Shown: in pieces, positions 60,944-64,000 of the stretch | How positions within the stretch are numbered: position 1 is the first letter of the stretch | Layout of the letters: each line of letters opens with the position of its first letter | Assembly: GCA_964531785.1 (NCBI GenBank) | Contig: CAZHFF010000001.1 | Coordinates: 165,997-229,996, forward strand | Direction of reading: 5' to 3' | Origin: an uncultured Candidatus Saccharibacteria bacterium | GTDB lineage: Bacteria; Patescibacteriota; Minisyncoccia; Phycocordibacterales; UBA12088 | Length of the DNA stretch: 64,000 bases | The notes under the pieces: generated by a model | What the model was told of the DNA's origin: nothing | The model's database searches: none | The model's input: only the letters and a program-made list of their open reading frames with translations | Translations under genes and position numbers: made by a program

Positions 60944-61429
60944 ATGCATCCTGCTCGAGACTGGCAGTACGTGTCACTCATGCTCGCGCTCCGCGGGTAC
61001 TTTCTCTATGCGGGCGGTGTAGGTATATACAGCACCATTTCGCTCCTTGCGGCCGATATGGTGTGGAGCCCCGGTGTCCTTGTACCGGCGATGTTCGTCC
61101 TGTGTCTTAGCGCGTCATACCTGTTCACGGGTGTCATGCTGCATCGCCTCTTGCCGCGCTACCGGCGTGTGGTATACCTCGTGCTCGGCTTATCGTTTGC
61201 GAACACCCTCTACGGTCTCTATCTGGTCGCAACGTTGACCGGAGCGAACCTGTTCACTGCGTCGGCCGTACGTCCGCTCATTGCACAGGTGTCATTCGCG
61301 ATCCTCTTCTATGGCACGCTGTTGCTCTGTGTCCGTTCGCTTGCGCGACGTATGGAGCAGCGCCTGCATGAGCGGAAGCGTGCCTTCCGACGGCGCATGG
61401 GCGAGGACGCCCACTATGGGGTATACTAG
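60944..61429 (+). CDS. hypothetical polytopic membrane protein
   Basis: ORF 60869..61429, with four TM segments after the MHPARDW start. Confidence 0.45.
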   Translation: MHPARDWQYVSLMLALRGYFLYAGGVGIYSTISLLAADMVWSPGVLVPAMFVLCLSASYLFTGVMLHRLLPRYRRVVYLVLGLSFANTLYGLYLVATLTGANLFTASAVRPLIAQVSFAILFYGTLLLCVRSLARRMEQRLHERKRAFRRRMGEDAHYGVY

Positions 61430-61464
61430 GAACGTGCTGGCTCGTAACGCCGGACCCACTTCCT

Positions 61465-62073
61465 ATGAACAACAAGGCACTGATCCTCTTGGGTCTCCTG
61501 ATCATCAGTAGCATTGTTGTGATGCTGCTCATCTATGTACCTGTTCGTGAACAAACGAACGAACCTGTAGCCGAGCCCGACCAGTTGAGCGACGTGCAGA
61601 CAACCATCTTTAGTGACTCGGAGCTTGAGCTTGCGTTCAGCTACCTCGTCGGCCCTGAGGGCTACGTACTCGAGGAGCGCGGTTCGCCTGAACCCAAGGA
61701 TGGCCTCGTGCGCACGCTCATACTCACCGCGACACGCGAACTGGGGAACGTGCCTGAGGGCGGGGAAGGACCACCGACTATCAATGTGCAGGTATTAGAT
61801 AACCGGGAGGCTCAGGATCCTCTCACGTGGGCAAGTGACCATCAAGCGTACAGCAATAGCAATTTGATGATCGGCAGCGTGGAGGAAACGAACATCGGTG
61901 ATGTTTCGGGCATCCGATACCGAGCCGATGGGTTGTATGTGTCGGAAAACATCATCGTGGCCCGGAACGAAAAGGTGTATGTGTTCTCAGGAATGTTCTT
62001 CGAGGAAGACTCGAAGCTCATGCGCGACTTCGAGGTGCTCCTCCGCACCGTTCGTTTTGATGTGAGCGAGTAA
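61465..62073 (+). CDS. hypothetical membrane-anchored secreted protein
   Basis: 202 aa with N-terminal anchor LILLGLLIISSIVVMLLIYV. No family recognised. Confidence 0.5.
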   Translation: MNNKALILLGLLIISSIVVMLLIYVPVREQTNEPVAEPDQLSDVQTTIFSDSELELAFSYLVGPEGYVLEERGSPEPKDGLVRTLILTATRELGNVPEGGEGPPTINVQVLDNREAQDPLTWASDHQAYSNSNLMIGSVEETNIGDVSGIRYRADGLYVSENIIVARNEKVYVFSGMFFEEDSKLMRDFEVLLRTVRFDVSE

Positions 62074-62174
62074 CTCGGCGCGTTACGCGTTCGCCTTTGT
62101 TACTTGGATATGCTCGCCTGATACTGCTTGCCGCACGCAGCAATGTGGCAACGGTAAGTGCTATACTTGAGATA

Positions 62175-62810
62175 ATGGCCTCGTTCCGCGAGCATGTCTC
62201 TATCGGTGCACTGGTGTCGGTGGTTGGGGTGGTGCTCGTCTACTTCTATGCGCTGCTTACCGACCCGGTACTGCTTGGACTCCTCTTTGTAGTGGGTGTG
62301 ATCGCGTCGTTCTTGCCCGACCTCGACAGCGACACCAGCCTTCCGTTCTATCTGATCTTCGGCACGTGCAGTTTTGCGGTGACCGGCCTCGTGCTCTACC
62401 GGACACTCCTTGCCGAGCCTACGGACTGGTACGTGCTTATCGGTGTGCCGCTTTCAGCACTCATCTTTATGTGGGTCGTGGTGGGAGGTATCTTCAAGCG
62501 GTTCACCAAGCACCGGGGCATCATGCACTCGCTCCCCGCCGCGCTCATTTGTGGCGTGCTCGCCTACCTTGCTGCAGAGCGCCTAGGCGAGGGGGAGGTG
62601 CTGCCACTTGTGTTCGCAAGTATGACCGCTGTCGGGTACCTGAGCCATCTCGTGCTTGATGAGCTGCATGCAGGGATCAACATCGATGGTACGCTCTTCC
62701 GGCCGAAGCGGTCGCTCGGAAGCGCGCTAAAGCTCTTCGCGCCGTCGAAACGCATTACGCTGCTCACCTATGTACTGCTCGCGGCTTTGCTCTATCAAGC
62801 GTTCGTTTAG
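62175..62810 (+). CDS. membrane-bound metal-dependent hydrolase (DUF457/YdjM family)
   Basis: FLPDLDSDTS and HRGIMHSLPAAL motifs in a polytopic membrane protein. The ORF begins at 62097. Confidence 0.7.
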   Translation: MASFREHVSIGALVSVVGVVLVYFYALLTDPVLLGLLFVVGVIASFLPDLDSDTSLPFYLIFGTCSFAVTGLVLYRTLLAEPTDWYVLIGVPLSALIFMWVVVGGIFKRFTKHRGIMHSLPAALICGVLAYLAAERLGEGEVLPLVFASMTAVGYLSHLVLDELHAGINIDGTLFRPKRSLGSALKLFAPSKRITLLTYVLLAALLYQAFV

Positions 62811-62891
62811 AACCGCATCACCAGCTCGAGGCACCCGAATTGACAGGAGCCTATAATAAGTCCATAATATTGGACAGTTGGTTGGAGGTAC

Positions 62892-63356
62892 ATGATGCAG
62901 CCCCTGTGGGTTTTGCTTATCGTTCTGGGAGTTGGATTTGCGCTCGGCTTGCTCGTTGCACGTGTGCGCGCCGAGCTGGCGCGCGGTAGGACGATCGAGC
63001 AAGAAGCGGCGCTCTACGCCGAGGAGCAAGAAGAGCTGGCCCCCATTGCCGTAGAGCTTTGCGAGGAGCTCAAGACACTGGCATGGGAGTGCATTGCGGT
63101 CAGGAACCAGGACTTAGAGTCTGCGCAAGCAAAGCTGGACATCCTCGAACAGCAAGAGAGGAACTTCGTCGTCGGTGTTCGGTTCGAGGATCGGCCGGCT
63201 GAGCCGGTCGTGCGCGTCAACGTGGATCGTCTATACGAGGTACGCTTCTTCTTGGGCGTCTACGGCCCAGGTTTCGTGTGCGAGGGGCCGGACTCCGCAA
63301 AGCACATGCTTACACGGTCGATCATGGCAGCTGTGCCACGCTCCGAAAAAGCGTAG
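62892..63356 (+). CDS. hypothetical membrane-anchored protein
   Basis: 154 aa with N-terminal TM segment MMQPLWVLLIVLGVGFALGLLV and GGAGGT upstream. Confidence 0.5.
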   Translation: MMQPLWVLLIVLGVGFALGLLVARVRAELARGRTIEQEAALYAEEQEELAPIAVELCEELKTLAWECIAVRNQDLESAQAKLDILEQQERNFVVGVRFEDRPAEPVVRVNVDRLYEVRFFLGVYGPGFVCEGPDSAKHMLTRSIMAAVPRSEKA

Positions 63357-63472
63357 GTTGCTCACTACTAGGGCTCGACATAGGAGGTGTCGGGCCCGTT
63401 CTCGTTCATGTATCCTGTGCGGCTGTTGACAGGTCGTGGAGGTATAGTAGAGTCCAAAGCGGGTGCAACGTG

Positions 63473-63997
63473 ATGAGGCTCTACGAGATGTCGATACCTA
63501 TGCTGCACGCGACGGGGGAACCGGGTAACTCCCTCGTCTACTATTGCGCAAAATGGCAGGGTTGGGGCGTATCGCTGCCAGAGATACCCGATGAACCATG
63601 GAAGATGTCGCCCGAGGCCGGACGGCTCGTGCGCACGGTCGATTTTTTTAACGACGGTCGAGAACCGCTCCCCGGGGAGCAGGTGCTCGCCGAGGATGAG
63701 TACGCCTTCATGCTCGCTGAGCTCGGGCACAAGAAAAAGAAATGGGGCGGGCTGAGCCATACGCTCTTCAAAGGGGCAGTGGTACAGCAGCGCTCGCCCT
63801 GGTACGTGCCCGTAAAAAGGTTCTCGTTCCAAATTGCTTTTGGAGGCGAGCGCGATACTGGTCACCCTGTCCCAAGGGACGAACCGATCCTCGAGGTCGA
63901 AGGGACGGGTTTTCCGCCGCTGCCTCGCGGTGCGGTGCGTATCCCCCACACCTGGGAACCGTGGCAGTTGGTAAACTACGACGCATACTGGCGCTGA
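63473..63997 (+). CDS. hypothetical protein
   Basis: ORF 63278..63997. ATG 63473 avoids overlap with the upstream gene. No family recognised. Confidence 0.4.
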   Translation: MRLYEMSIPMLHATGEPGNSLVYYCAKWQGWGVSLPEIPDEPWKMSPEAGRLVRTVDFFNDGREPLPGEQVLAEDEYAFMLAELGHKKKKWGGLSHTLFKGAVVQQRSPWYVPVKRFSFQIAFGGERDTGHPVPRDEPILEVEGTGFPPLPRGAVRIPHTWEPWQLVNYDAYWR

Positions 63998-64000
63998 GCT

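Noticed and set aside
1-64000. CRISPR arrays, rRNA genes, intact integrases or transposases, reverse transcriptases
   Set aside because: I looked for regularly spaced short repeats, rRNA signatures, and tyrosine- or serine-recombinase, DDE and RT motifs in the ORF track. None was found, apart from the recombinase tail relic at 25700-25960.

Overview
Chromosomal window, moderately high GC by eye (not computed), standard genetic code (TGA, TAA and TAG all end well-supported genes). The style suggests a Patescibacteria/CPR-type genome: a short IF-2, many small membrane proteins, LVPCG-type pilin-like genes and a GIY-YIG relic next to a tRNA. This placement is inference only.

Core content:
- Housekeeping genes: mpg, RNase P RNA, rpsA, gyrA, rbfA-infB, a cysteine desulfurase, clpB, rpmG, xseA-xseB, miaA, an OPRT-like gene plus pyrF, parB and relA/spoT.
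- A partial dcw cluster: mraZ-rsmH-ftsL-ftsI-murF.
- Nine tRNA genes plus one degenerate tRNA-Leu copy.

Accessory content:
1. A tandem array of eight VirB2/TrbC-like pilin paralogs at 9.8-13.2 kb.
2. Two pilin-module/peptidoglycan-hydrolase fusion genes at 26.1-28.3 kb that share a 317-bp perfectly identical tract.
3. A more AT-rich island at 21.3-26.0 kb that ends at tRNA-Tyr and carries a serine-recombinase C-terminal relic.
4. A large AT-rich defence island downstream of tRNA-Glu, about 43.6-55.9 kb. It is built on a type I R-M system (hsdR, hsdM, hsdS) interrupted by three inserts: an HTH-Doc pair, a DUF3800-like gene plus an unknown GTG-start gene translationally coupled to hsdS, and a T5orf172-NERD pair.
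5. A small methyltransferase cassette bracketed by 26-bp perfect direct repeats.

Many core genes appear leaderless: a TGGTAnAnT extended -10 box sits 6-8 nt before the ATG.

The best candidates for an undescribed system are the modules embedded in the R-M locus and the pilin/hydrolase gene sets. All homology calls come from motif recognition by eye; no searches were run.
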